Source: Tetramitus jugosus (lineage: Eukaryota; Protista; Heterolobosea). From it: a DNA stretch of 64,000 bases. Shown here in pieces: positions 42,601-54,440 of this stretch. The DNA is taken from positions 248,001-312,000 of the forward strand of contig OW569389.1 in NCBI GenBank assembly GCA_937625935.1, in the 5' to 3' direction. The notes beneath the pieces were generated by a model. That model was not told the origin of the DNA. It did not search any database and saw only the letters and a list, made by a program, of their open reading frames with translations. The stretch's first letter is position 1, and every line of letters starts with the position of its first letter. Position numbers and translations under genes: made by a program.

Positions 42601-43692
42601 GTATCTTTGGATTTCGCTTTGCAGCATGAGCAATGGTTCGTAGTGTACATGTTTGAATATCATAATACAATTGTGCATATTCTCGCTCCGTTTCGGATTC
42701 GAGAACAGGTTGTGTCAAATCTGTACATTTCGAGTCAAATGACCAATCGATAAATCGCAAAGGCCAACCCAATAATTTACAACAAATATCACCATGAAGC
42801 GACTCTCCTCCATCTAAGCTCGAGATCAACTCCACATATGCATAAATAACTTTTAAAATTGTACATCCACCCCGTTTCTTGTTGCTCAAATCAACCAACA
42901 CAGATAACAGATCAATAAATAATTGTTTAGGTCGACTTTGACGCAACACTGGTTTCAACATTGTAAAATTAAAGAATATTTGACTCAGCATTTCCAATAC
43001 GCGCAACTCAAACTCCAAATTGTTCGAATCCTGTTGTTGAGCATCATCTTCCAACAGTTGTTCCGCTCGATGAATCATATTCTGCGTAATTTCGAAAATA
43101 GGGTTCAACACTTGGAAGTAATGCAACAATTGAATGGAATGAAGTGGAGTCAACATGGCAATGACTCTCAACACGTTCGGTATCGTTGGAATCGCACTCG
43201 TATTCATAATTTCTATTCACACAGTATCATGATTAGCTATCACACATGTACATACATGAAAAAATATCAAAAAAGACAAGAAAAATAGGTACCTTTTGAA
43301 AACGAAGGTTCCATCTGAGTCATATACACTGATATCAATCGAATCAATTGAATTGGAAACCCAAAAATGTGTTCCTTGCTCTGTTGTTGCGATTGTTGTG
43401 ATTGATTCTGATTACTGGGTATTCCAATTGTCAAATTCGGTGCATTCGTAGCAGTACTCGTCGTTGTCGTTGTTGTCGCTGTTGTTGTCGTCGTCGTCGT
43501 TGTTGTTGAACTATTGGTCAATGGATGATTCAATAGATGACTACTCATTGAGTGAATTTGATACGGATTCAATAAATTGGCTCCACTACTAATTCGACGA
43601 TAATTCTTGATGGCAGCGGCAGCTGCAGCCGAAGCAGTACTGCTCGTCGCACTCGGTGTCGTCGGTGATCCAAACAGATGCGTACCACCGAC

Positions 43693-43723
<31 letters not shown>

Positions 43724-44432
43724 TTACTAGTACCTAATAGACTATTATGACTGCCAACAACACCTGCTCCTCCTCCTGATATCATCAACATGAATAATGA
43801 TGAATGAGACAATTGTTGACCATATGTGGCCAACAATTCTGTCAATAGTAAATTCCACAATTTTTGTGATTCCTTCAAAAATGAAAAATATCAAAAATAT
43901 AGGTGTCAATGATCATCTATTATCACATTGATGAATTTTGATGTTATGAAAATGAACATACTTGACTCAGTGAATCGAATTGAATGGTATCAATGACAGA
44001 AGATACCATCTCGGGATCCAACTTTTCTTCTTCTAGTTTTTCATGATCATCATCACTACTACTATTACTACTACTATTATCACTATTTTTTTCCATGTGA
44101 TTTTTTTGTATGATTGTTGTTGTTTCTGATGATGATGATGATGATGATGAGATGACTTGTTTCAAGAATTGATGAAACATGTGATTCAACTGTTTTCCAC
44201 TCTTGTCACTTGGAAACGATACATCTTCGATTTTATCTAAACCATGTATAACAAAATCATCATCATCATCATTATTGTTATTGTGGTGATGACTCTGACT
44301 TCTAGGTGTGTTTGGCGTGATGGTACTCGTTGGAGTGGCTGTTACTGTTGTTGCTGTTCCTGTTGTTGATGATGAACCACCACTGCCTCCTCCACTTTTT
44401 GGCTTATTTATCAAATTTTTAAACCAATCCAT
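33609..44432 (-). CDS. BEACH-domain protein (neurobeachin/LRBA/NBEAL-like; ConA-like, PH, BEACH, WD40), 4 exons: 44432-43962, 43872-43293, 43212-42198, 42129-33609
   Basis: [67 protein letters not shown]; WD40 repeats. Introns 43873-43961 (GTATGT..AAG), 43213-43292 (GTACCT..TAG) and 42130-42197 (GTAAGT..CTAAC..TAG) all restore frame. Confidence 0.92.
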
Positions 44433-45152
44433 TTTTGTTCTTGTTGTTGTTGTGTGTTGGTCAAAAGACTTGCTTTGTTGTTGTTGTTGGGTGTTGGAAA
44501 AAGTTTTGCTTTGGGTGGGGTTGTTGCTTTTTTTTTTGTTTGGTTCGGTCAAATTTTGATTTTTATGGAGGGCTTTTCCCGCTATCCCTCGCTTTTGGGC
44601 TATGTACTTTTTCGTTGTTGGGTTAGGCGATTCGAAGGTGAGATCTGACCAGACGATTTTCCAAACTGGAAAGCCATAGGCTTTCCCTGTCAAGGGAAAG
44701 AGCGATTACAAACAAAATCAGAATGTCACGACATTTTGCATAAAATTTTTCTTTATGTATACTTGTCCCAATGAAGAATAGATGGACACAACAGAAAGAG
44801 ACAGTGGATTCCAGCGTGTGAATAAAATGAGGAGCAGAAAAGGTGAGTGGATGAGTTCGGAACACATGCAATGTTCACACGCTCCTACAACGCCTTCCGT
44901 ACAATTCAGAACAACAAATAGAGCCTTGCGTTGTTTGCAATTCTACTTGTCCAACTGGTTTGTCTGCACGAACATTTTCACTACTCGCTCTCGTCCTGAT
45001 ACTCAAATAACAATGTGTGGTGAGACTGTATGCGTGTGTAAAACACATCAGTCATGCACTTCAGCAATGAGTGACAACTCAATTGCAAGTTTTTCAAATC
45101 AAGCTTGATACCGATCACTTCCACTTGTTTGCGGATTCATCACACGTTCCGA

Positions 45153-47771
45153 TTATGGAATGAATGAATTTTGAACATTGGTAAATCTTGCTTGTTGTGG
45201 TTGCTGTTGTGGTTGTTGCTGCTGAGGCTGAGGTTGATAACCTGCTCTCCAGCCAAATGGAGCGTCAATTACTGTACTTCCGTTTGTCGGTGCACCAGTT
45301 GGTGGAACACCTAATCCAGATTGTTGAGCACTCATTGGGTGTTGTTGTGGTCCAAACTGTCCATAAGGATGGTGGAATGGACGCTCAATCACTCGGGCAT
45401 TTTGTGCAAATACATTTGTAGTTGCAGGATTGTACTGTGGAGCAACGCTGGACCACACTGTTCCTTCTGGATACAAAGCAGGAGGTTGGATTTGATCTGG
45501 GTGAGGCATCTGATTAAAGAAGGCTTGATTACCAAAGAATCCATAATTGTGTGCTGGTTGCGGTGAAGTTTGCTGATTTGGAATAACGTTTGGCTGCAAC
45601 AATTGAGACATTAAATTACCCTGAGTAGGTTGAGGAGCAGGGTTCTGCCAGGTAGTCTGACTGGCGGTAAATGTGTTTGTGGAGACTCCAAATGGCTGTA
45701 CAATACTGGATGGAATGACCTTCTGTTGCGGAGATGATTTGGTAGCGGTATGTGCTACATTATTTTCATCTTCATCATCGGTTAAGATGAGTTCATCATC
45801 AGCAATGTCATCCAAGTCATCATCATCGATGGCATCAAAGGAAATGAATTGATTGCTAGTTGTGGATGCAACGTGTGACTTTGGTTGTTGATTGATATGG
45901 GCATTATGAACAATAGTCTGAACAACAGTTTCCTCCTCTTCTACCGGCTCTTCGACTTCTTCCTGCTCCTCGTCACTACCTTCACTTGACATTCTGTCAT
46001 CTTCGACACCTCCAAGATTAACCATGGTGTAGATGTGATTGGCATAATCATAATAGATGCGCACAGATTCATCGATCAACAAATTAGACACAATACCACT
46101 CAATCTATCCAATCTGGTTGCGAGAGCAACATCAGGGGCAACCTCGGCTCTATCCTTTGTTGTCTTGATACTGGTAACAAAACCTTCCACGTATGAAAAT
46201 CCAGAAATCTCCACATCTTCTGGCAAGCAAATTGCATTCTGAACTTGCGAAGACGTTCCCTTGCTGGGTCTAAAGTCTGCTCTCTTGGCAGAAACAACTT
46301 GCAAGAATTCGATAAAGTTTTGAACAAACCTTGTAGCAACGTCCTCCTGGAGCAAATTCTTGTTTTGGTCCATAAACTTCATAAAGATGGAAATGGAGTT
46401 CAAATAGCGTAAGTCATGCTGAGCGCTGATGAGCACCAATCGAGCGAAGAAATCACAAGACATGGCCAAAGCGTGCTGGAAGTAGGTATTGCTTGAAGCA
46501 GCAGATGGCTGAACAGCAAATTGTGGCTGTGGTTGTCTCCTGGCATTCTCAATTGTAAAAATGAGCATAATGGACAACTTGAGCATCAATTCTTCCAATT
46601 GATCTGTTGGTCGTGAGAATAAGGACTCGAAATCCTTGAGAGTCTCCTGCTGAATCGTTGGAATCTTCTCCATACTGATTCTGGTGAACAAGATGCCATG
46701 CAATCTAATGAAAGCAACCAAAAATCGATGTTGGAGTTTGACTGGATCAATGACCTCGCTGCTGCTACTACCTCCACCATTGGATTGTTGTTGTTGGTTT
46801 CGACTATTAACTCTGTGGTGATGATGTCTCTGATTAGGCTTCTTTTGCTTCTTGCGCATCGATGATTCAACCACGATCGCTTCATAATTTGTTCTATTCT
46901 TCTCAAACAACAATCTCAAATTTTCTTTTGCGCTAGAGAATGGTTTTAATACGGCCAAAGATCTAAAATAACGATAAATTGCTTCACATTCATCATCTTG
47001 ATAGGTTGCAATCACAGCCAATTGATTGTGCGGATTTCCATTGTTTGGAATCAGTTCCAAAGCATGCAAATAAAGCTTCTTTGCTCTCGTGTAGTCCTTC
47101 TTGTTGTTCTCCTTGTACAGTTCGCTATATCTCGCCATATCTCCCTGACTGATCAAATTCTTGTGCAATGAACTCAAAACATACTTTGCCAGTCTGGTAT
47201 TGTTGCTGTTTCTATATGTATCATACACTGCTTTCAATCGCTTAAATAATGACTCATAATACAGTGTTCCATCTTCCAAGAATGACTGTAGTGATTGACA
47301 TGATTTGTGCAATTTTTCCTTTGATTTTTCCATTTGTTGCTGCTGCTCCAATGTCATTGTAGTGCCTGAATTGACATCATTGCTTGGTTGCTGTTGTTGT
47401 ACGAGTGTGGATGGATTCAAGAATGCTGATGAGTGATATTTGCGAATAATTTTTCGAAATTCTTCGATTGGCTTATAGTAGACACTCTTCCACAATAAAT
47501 GATCAACGTCTTTGCTACTTGCGAAGGCAATATCACTAAAAATGATCTTTTCATAATTTTCGCGTATTCTAGAAGAACATTGAATGAGAAGTTGGAAAAC
47601 AAGATGTGTGTTAGCTATAGGTTCGAAGAAATGATGAATGGATGAAAAATGGACTTACGATTGACGCAATTGAACAACTTGTTTGTCGTTTGGAGAACGT
47701 TTTCTCAGCGTTGAGGAGAGCTCTTTTTCTAATTCTGCTGTTTTTTCAAACAGTGTACTGTTACTGTCCAT
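45153..47771 (-). CDS. SMG7: EST1/SMG5-7 family NMD factor, SMG7-like (no PIN domain), 2 exons: 47771-47659, 47568-45153
   Basis: Spliced N-terminus IRENYEKIIFSD..VDHLLWKSVYY; GDMARY..A..LY..A..LIPNNGNPHNQLAVIA..AIYRYFRSLAV..PF..AKENL; LPEDVEISGF; Q/P-rich tail. Intron 47569-47658 (GTAAGT..GCTAAC..TAG). Confidence 0.85.
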
Positions 47772-48298
47772 ACGTTGTTAATGGATGAATTTTGTTATTT
47801 GTATCCTTTATAGACCAAAATATTCGTTGTCAATGATAAACTTGAATTGCAATTCAAAAAAACCGAAGTGGAAATTTTTAAAGTTTTTGTTCAGGTTCTT
47901 TTTGATTTTGTTGGTGTGGTGAGGTTGATTTTGAGTTGCGTGTGTTTGTTATTGATTTTTGTGTTGCTTCAGAAAAAAATGATTTACATGTACGAAGCAG
48001 GGAGCAGCAAGCAACACGAAAATGATTTTTGAATGCAGCAATACGTTTTTTCTTTGATTGTCGAGCTCGCAAACAGAAGATCAGGTCGAAAAAGCTTTGA
48101 ACTCACCAAGCGTCTGCAGATCACCAAAGTCCTCCAAAAAACAGCTCAAATTTCCGCTTTTTGTAACCTTGGATTAGTTGAAGTTTCAAAAAGACAGTTA
48201 TCGCGATTTTGCCGCCAATCGGAGAAGAACTTTAACGAAATCATCTCCATAATTTCATTCAAAACGCTTTTGGAAGTACGCTGTACACACTGTGTTGC

Positions 48299-51200
48299 AT
48301 GCACATGAATCCACCAGACTCTATGCGTGACAACAATCCACCGTTGGTTTCACAAGACGCGGAAGAACTTTCCCGCCATATTTTACACGAATTTACCGTT
48401 TTGCGCCAACCTCAAGAAAGTGAGCAACTGCGACGACAGCAAGACACAGCTTCTTACCACAATTTTGCCCAAACGCTTTTGAAAGATGTCGATCACCATT
48501 CTCTCGTTCAAGTAATCACTCATCTTGCTCTCACTTCAGTCAATCAACAGCACTCCTCTTCAGCAAATAATAATAATAAGAATCAGACGAATCATTTCAA
48601 CAATGATCATACAAATAGTGTTCAATATACACGTTCATGCAAACTAGAGAATGAACAAGTCATTCTCATCAATGATGATGACGATGATAATGTCAGTTTG
48701 AATTCAACTGTGGATCAAATGGTGCTCGATAATGACATTTGTATCAGCAATGTTCAATCTGCACAACAACAAAAATCAAATCGTGTCCAAAAATCTGTGA
48801 ATCAACACAAGAGTAGTACATCGCTTGCTGCTGCTAGCAACGCTAAAAAGTCAGCTTCATTTTCGTCTTCGTCAGGAATTGATTTAAATGTAGAAGAGTT
48901 GGATGATGACGACGATGCTGATGACGAATGTAGAAATGATGGAAATGGCCATATGGAAGAGATGATTGATGAAGGAGAGGAAATTATAGAAGATGATGAA
49001 GAAGAGAGTTTAATTGTGCTTGATGAACATTCACAACGCTCCAATGTGTTTTCTCAGCCAGTCAAGATGGAATCCATGGATTATGATGAGTTGTTGGACA
49101 AGTTGCAAGATAAGGTTTATGTTCCTCCGTTTGTTTATTCCAAATTGATGCCTCATCAGAAATATGGAGTGTATTTTATGTGGAATCAGTTGTTTAAGAA
49201 TCAGAATCAGAATAATAATTATAGTAGTAGTGATGCGAATAATCATATTGTAAATGGATGTATATTGGCTGATTTTATGGGTCTCGGCAAAACGATCCAA
49301 ATTGTAACGTTGGCAAACTTGTATCTTTCTCAACATCGGGTATGATGATTCTTGTTGTATGATTTTGATCATTGAAGTTTTCGAAAATTGGTAAACTAAC
49401 GAAATACTATAGAATGATTGTATTTTAATTTTATCTCCAGCGTCTGTGTGTCAACACTGGGATCGAGAGTTCACTCGTGTGAGGAGCTGGATTGCTGAGC
49501 AAGAGTTGGATGAGTTAGACTCTTGTAAACTTGTTGTTCCCAAGATTTTAGGAATGCAAAAATCAACGGAAGCTAGGCTGGCGGTTCTAGAACAGTGGAA
49601 GAAGGAGGGTCAGGTTCTCATTTGTACATATGACATGTATAGGTCTTGCGTATTTAGTGGCGATGGAAGATACTACGAGTATTTGGTAGATCCAGGACCT
49701 GATATCATAATATTGGACGAGGGTCACAAAATCAAACACATGAACTCTCAAATCTCAAAAGCGCTGAATCGAATTGCCTGCGCGAAGCGAATTATTATGA
49801 CAGGTTACCCTTTACAGAACAATCTGCGAGAGTACTATTGTATGATAAACTTTGCTCTTCCTGGGCTCCTAGGATCGCCTCTTGATTTTAAGATGCGATA
49901 TGAAAAACCTATTGCCCGAGTGCATAATGGATCAAAGTGTACTCCTGCTCAGAAGAAGCAAGCCAGAAGAAGAGCCTGGATGCTTCACGAAAAAGTGAAG
50001 CCTGTAATTTTACGAAGAGATGTCTCCCTGTTGAAGGAGCAACTGCCAGAAAAGCATGAAATTATATTGAATGTTCGACTGAGTACGATTCAGCACAAAA
50101 TGTACAAGAAATTTATTGAGCTTGTGATCAAGTCTCAGAGAAACTCTATCTTTTGGTGTTACAATGTTTTAACCATGCTTTGTAACCATCCTGATGTACT
50201 TTACGCCTACTATCTAGCTAAGAAGAAAGAGATTGCATCGAAACCAGCAGATACAACAAGCACTAAGCTAGGATCATCAAAAAGTGAGAAGACTGTTGTA
50301 CCTCAGTCAAACACTGCAGAATCTGTAAATAATGATGCTACCGCTGCTCTGATTGAGGGAGATGATACAGCAGAATTGCTGTCTGAAGAAGCTCAGCTAG
50401 AAATGATGCATATTCTCGAGACTATTTATACCGATCGTGAAATCAATTATGTGCGGGGCTCATTAGAAAGCTCAGGTAAGATGGTGATTCTTTATTCAAT
50501 GATATTTCACGCAAAAAGTATCAATGATAAGTTGGTTGTCTTTAGCCGGAGTATCAATACCCTAAACTTTATTCAAGCTTCGTTGACGCGATACAACAAG
50601 CAAAAATCAAGCGGTGAGAGGATTAACTTTTTACGATTTGATGGCTCTACTTCTCTGACAGAGAGACAACAATATATTGATCAATTCAATGACAAACAAG
50701 GTGATAAGCATTTATTACTTGTGTCCACATTAGCTGGAGGGGAAGGAATCAATTTGTCCAGCGCCAACAGAATTATCTTGGTGGACGTTAATTGGAACCC
50801 ATCTCATGATTGTGAGGCTTGCTGTAGAGTGTACAGAATAGGGCAAGAGAAACCTGTCTATATTTACCGTCTAATTACACAGAATACAATAGAAGATTTG
50901 GTGCATCAACGCCAAATTAAAAAGGAACTACTTGCTAGCTGGGTTGTGGATGATGGGGCAACCGATGTGCTCAATACAGCTGATACGAAGAAACTATTTA
51001 CTATCCCCGATGAACCATCAGGTGAAGAGCTAGAGCCAGAGATTGATGGTGAATTGTATGATACAGTATTGGCCAATATAATGACTCAATTTCCAAAGTG
51101 GATCTCGAAAGTTGGATTTCATGATGATCTGCTCGCCGAAGATCCAACCAACATTTTGTCTGAAGAAGATAAACAATTGGCAAAGGGAGAAGAACAGTTT

Positions 51201-51920
51201 GATTCAATCTATGGAGAGAAAACGAGAACAACAAACTCTTCGTCCAAGCCTAAACCTTCTAATCACAAAAAGAATCCAGTGCCAGTCCAGCAACCACAAA
51301 TGATTGCTGGTCCATTGCCAGCAGAGAAGCCCAGTGAGGAATATCAAGCTGAATTGCAAGAATTTCTCATTTCAGAACTTACCAGTGAAGAACAGAAGCG
51401 AAAGACCCAAGTACAAAGCTCCACTCTGCAGAGTAGTAGCTCAAGCAGTGTTGCAACTGCGATACCGAGTGTCAGCACTTCTGCTCAGCCCAATCGGAAC
51501 CCTATCCCAGCTAGTTTAGTGCAGGAGAAGGCTCATTTGTATTCCTTGATTGATGATGAGGTGATTCAACAAAAGATACAAAGCAACCCTAATCAAGCAA
51601 CTGTCGAATTACAGGCTGGCACTGCTGAATATATTCTATTGGAAAAGGAGAAGAACACGATGGCACAGAGGATGGCAGTGAAAGCTTTGGAACGGAAGCG
51701 TCAAAAAGATGGATTGCTGCCAGCACCTTCGGTCAATCGAAAAAGTACATCCAACAACACGACAAGAAACACGAACAACAGGAGTGAAGCATCCTCCTGG
51801 CGTTCTCCAAACCAACAAGCTCGAAAACCACCACCAAAACGCCCTCGTAAACAGAGCCACGGTAGTAGTAGCAGTTCACCAGAAGCCCCAGGCCAACAAA
51901 ATAAAAAGCCAAGGCACTGA
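48299..51920 (+). CDS. SNF2-family helicase/ATPase, ATRX/RAD54L2-like, 2 exons: 48299-49339, 49413-51920
   Basis: GCILADFMGLGKT, DPGPDIIILDEGH, TGYPLQNNLREYYCM, SGKM, RFDGST, STLAGGEGINL, WNPSHD..RVYRIGQ. Intron 49340-49412 (GTATGA..ACTAAC..TAG). Confidence 0.93.
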
Positions 51921-52040
51921 GAGAACGACGCACACCAACACAAACACAGAGAGAAAGACAGAGTCACATACATCTGACTGTTAACTTTCATTTATTTATT
52001 TATAACATACAACTTGTGTGATATGAATCAACACACCATT

Positions 52041-52304
52041 TTAAATGCCCAAAATTTGCTTCTTCATTTCTTGGAATTGTTGATCAGAAATGAGCCCTTT
52101 CTCCTTGTAGTCATTCAACTGAAGAATCATATCTGCAGGTGTTCCCTTGAGCTCAACATTCTGAGCACGTCCCTGTGGCTGAGAAGTGGAAACTTTGCTT
52201 GTGGTTGCGTTTGACTTTGGCCTTGACTCACCCAAATAGTCCAACAACGTATCTTCGATATCTTGATCTCTGGTGACTGCAGCGCTGCTCGTGTACTTTG
52301 ACAT
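52041..52304 (-). CDS. Small SHOCT-domain protein
   Basis: C-terminal ADMILQLNDYKEKGLISDQQFQEMKKQILG matches the SHOCT pattern. Confidence 0.8.
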   Translation of the reverse strand: MSKYTSSAAVTRDQDIEDTLLDYLGESRPKSNATTSKVSTSQPQGRAQNVELKGTPADMILQLNDYKEKGLISDQQFQEMKKQILGI

Positions 52305-52771
52305 GGTGGTGTGAAATATGTTCTTCTGTTGTTTGTAGTCTGTCCTCGTTTGTTGTGTTTTTCAGTTACAACTGATTATGGCGATGGTGTTTCAGCGCGG
52401 AACAATCATCTTGGATTTATTTCTTATCGCTTGTCATGCGGAATTGACGAATCACCTGCTCATCTACGATTGAATTTCATGAAAAGATAGAGAATTTTTC
52501 GAACCATAACCACTTGACGTGCGCACACTTACATATCACCAAGTTCATTCACATGGTATTTTCTCATTGAAGAACCTTCCCAGCTCCAGTTTTTGGTCTT
52601 CAAGAATAACTCCGGTTTGATTTACCGACGGTTGTCACGTCACCATCTGCCAGAAGGATCACAAAAATTAGAACAAAATCATCGCTCTAAAAAAGCAGAA
52701 AAAAAAAAGTCGAATCCCACCCATAACACCACCAAGATAATAATCTTATTGCTGTAATCAAAAGAAACACC

Positions 52772-53137
52772 ATGGCCAAATACGCCGGTTTTCTCTACAA
52801 GAAGGGTAAAGTTGTCAAGAACATGAAAAAACGGTGGTTCATCCTAGATGAAGCAGGTCTAACGTACTACAAGGGTGCTCAAGCAGCAACAGTGTTCACA
52901 GAAGATAAGTCACCTCGCGCATCCAAACACCCCATCGATATCATTCCACTCAAGAGTATCGTCGCTGTGGAATATTCTGATAATGTTTTACAATTTGACG
53001 GAGCGGATCATTATGAGTTCAATGTGGAAACGAACAAGGGTCGGACTTATCACTTGTATGCAAATGGTACGGCGGAGCGTCAGGAGTGGGTCACTGCGAT
53101 TCTTGAGCTGATTCAGGAGAAGTTTGGAAGTAAATAA
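52772..53137 (+). CDS. Stand-alone PH-domain protein
   Basis: AGFLYKKGKVVKNMKKRWFIL..LTYYK..F.VET..RTYHLYA..ERQEWVTAI. Confidence 0.92.
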   Translation: MAKYAGFLYKKGKVVKNMKKRWFILDEAGLTYYKGAQAATVFTEDKSPRASKHPIDIIPLKSIVAVEYSDNVLQFDGADHYEFNVETNKGRTYHLYANGTAERQEWVTAILELIQEKFGSK

Positions 53138-53416
53138 ATCAATTTTCTATTTGTTTGTCTGTAGATTTGTGTTGTGGGTAGGTTGTTATCTTTGTGCTTA
53201 TGTTTTTTGTTTGTTAAATGTGAGTCAAGTTAACTTGATGCATGAAAATACAATGGAAGAAGAGTTGAGAACAAAAACACAAGCAGATTTATCGAAGATT
53301 GGATCTAGATTTTATCTTGAACACTTGTCAAGTAGAATGTAGAATACAGGTACAACTTTGCTTGTCAAAGGTTACCTGACAAGTGTTCAAGGTAAAATCC
53401 AGCTAGTTTTCTTAAT

Positions 53417-54082
53417 TTACTTCTTCAAAAGGAAGGTCACACCATCGGCAATCGTAGCCATTGCGATGTCGAATCTCTCATCATTCTTCAAGTCATCATT
53501 GAGCTTCTTGAGAGCAAGAGTGTCAGGATCAACACTCTCAGCATTGTAAACCTTTCCACTCCACAAGACATTGTCAATCGCAATCAATCCACCCTTTCTC
53601 AACAGATGATAAGTCTTGTCGACATAAGCAGCATAATTGAGCTTATCTGCATCAATATACGCAAAATCAAATGTACCGGACTCTTGATTCTCAATCAACG
53701 CGTCCAACGACTCCAATGCAGGTGCAATTCTCAAGTCAATCTTGTGATCCACTCCTGCTTCCTTCCAAAATGGAATACCAACACTCGTGTACTCTTCGGA
53801 AACGTCCAGAGCGATCACACGTCCATCCTCTGGCAAAACAAGGGCTTGAGAAAGTGCACTGTAACCAGTGAAGACACCAATGTCAAGAGTTTTCTTGGCA
53901 CCAATCATCTTGATCATCATTTGAAGGAGTTGCATCTCTTCTGGTGAACTGAGCATCAGGGATCTCTCACCAATCCTTTCCTCAGTGACCGATCTGAGTT
54001 TGGTTTGGACGCTAGCTTCACGAACAGAGTGATCTCTGACGTAGTGTGTAGCTTCTGGTTGGACAATGGCTGAGAATTTCAT
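53417..54082 (-). CDS. SAM-dependent O-methyltransferase (caffeoyl-CoA OMT / COMTD1-like, Methyltransf_3)
   Basis: LDIGVFTGYSAL, FDFAYIDADKLNY, GGLIAIDNVLWSG, IADGVT. Confidence 0.95.
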   Translation of the reverse strand: MKFSAIVQPEATHYVRDHSVREASVQTKLRSVTEERIGERSLMLSSPEEMQLLQMMIKMIGAKKTLDIGVFTGYSALSQALVLPEDGRVIALDVSEEYTSVGIPFWKEAGVDHKIDLRIAPALESLDALIENQESGTFDFAYIDADKLNYAAYVDKTYHLLRKGGLIAIDNVLWSGKVYNAESVDPDTLALKKLNDDLKNDERFDIAMATIADGVTFLLKK

Positions 54083-54440
54083 CTATAGCTTGTAGTTGTC
54101 GTTGTTTGGTTTTAACTTGGTTTTTTGTACTGGTATTGTTTTTGACATCAGAACAATATCCTGAAATACTACTTGATAGGAGTTGATCCGCCTTCCAGGC
54201 CGGGAATTCTCAGCCAAAAGGAAGAGCTCATGTTTCTCCGACATGTTGGAGTTGTAGGAATAGCAGGAGGAAGGAGATTGGGGAGAGCAGGGAGACAGTT
54301 TTCGGTATTCGCTTTTTCACTCGCGGGATATCTCCTCGGACTACGATGGTGGATTAACGTTGTCCGATACAATTCATATTCTCGAGCATTTCAAGGGTAC
54401 AAGGGTATTCCATAAAGAAACAAAGATAAACTAGTTCAAA

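Noticed and set aside
43440-44530. Periodic trinucleotide tracts (also 29880-30520) as an array or CRISPR-like repeat
   Set aside because: They encode poly-T/S/D/N/Q/H runs in low-complexity protein regions; there is no repeat-spacer structure, and the context is eukaryotic.
45055-45145. C/D-box snoRNA-like GTGATGA..CTGA on the minus strand behind SMG7 (similar TGATGA..CTGA at about 17369-17455 on the plus strand)
   Set aside because: No terminal stem and no rRNA-complementary guide that I can identify; these boxes arise often by chance.
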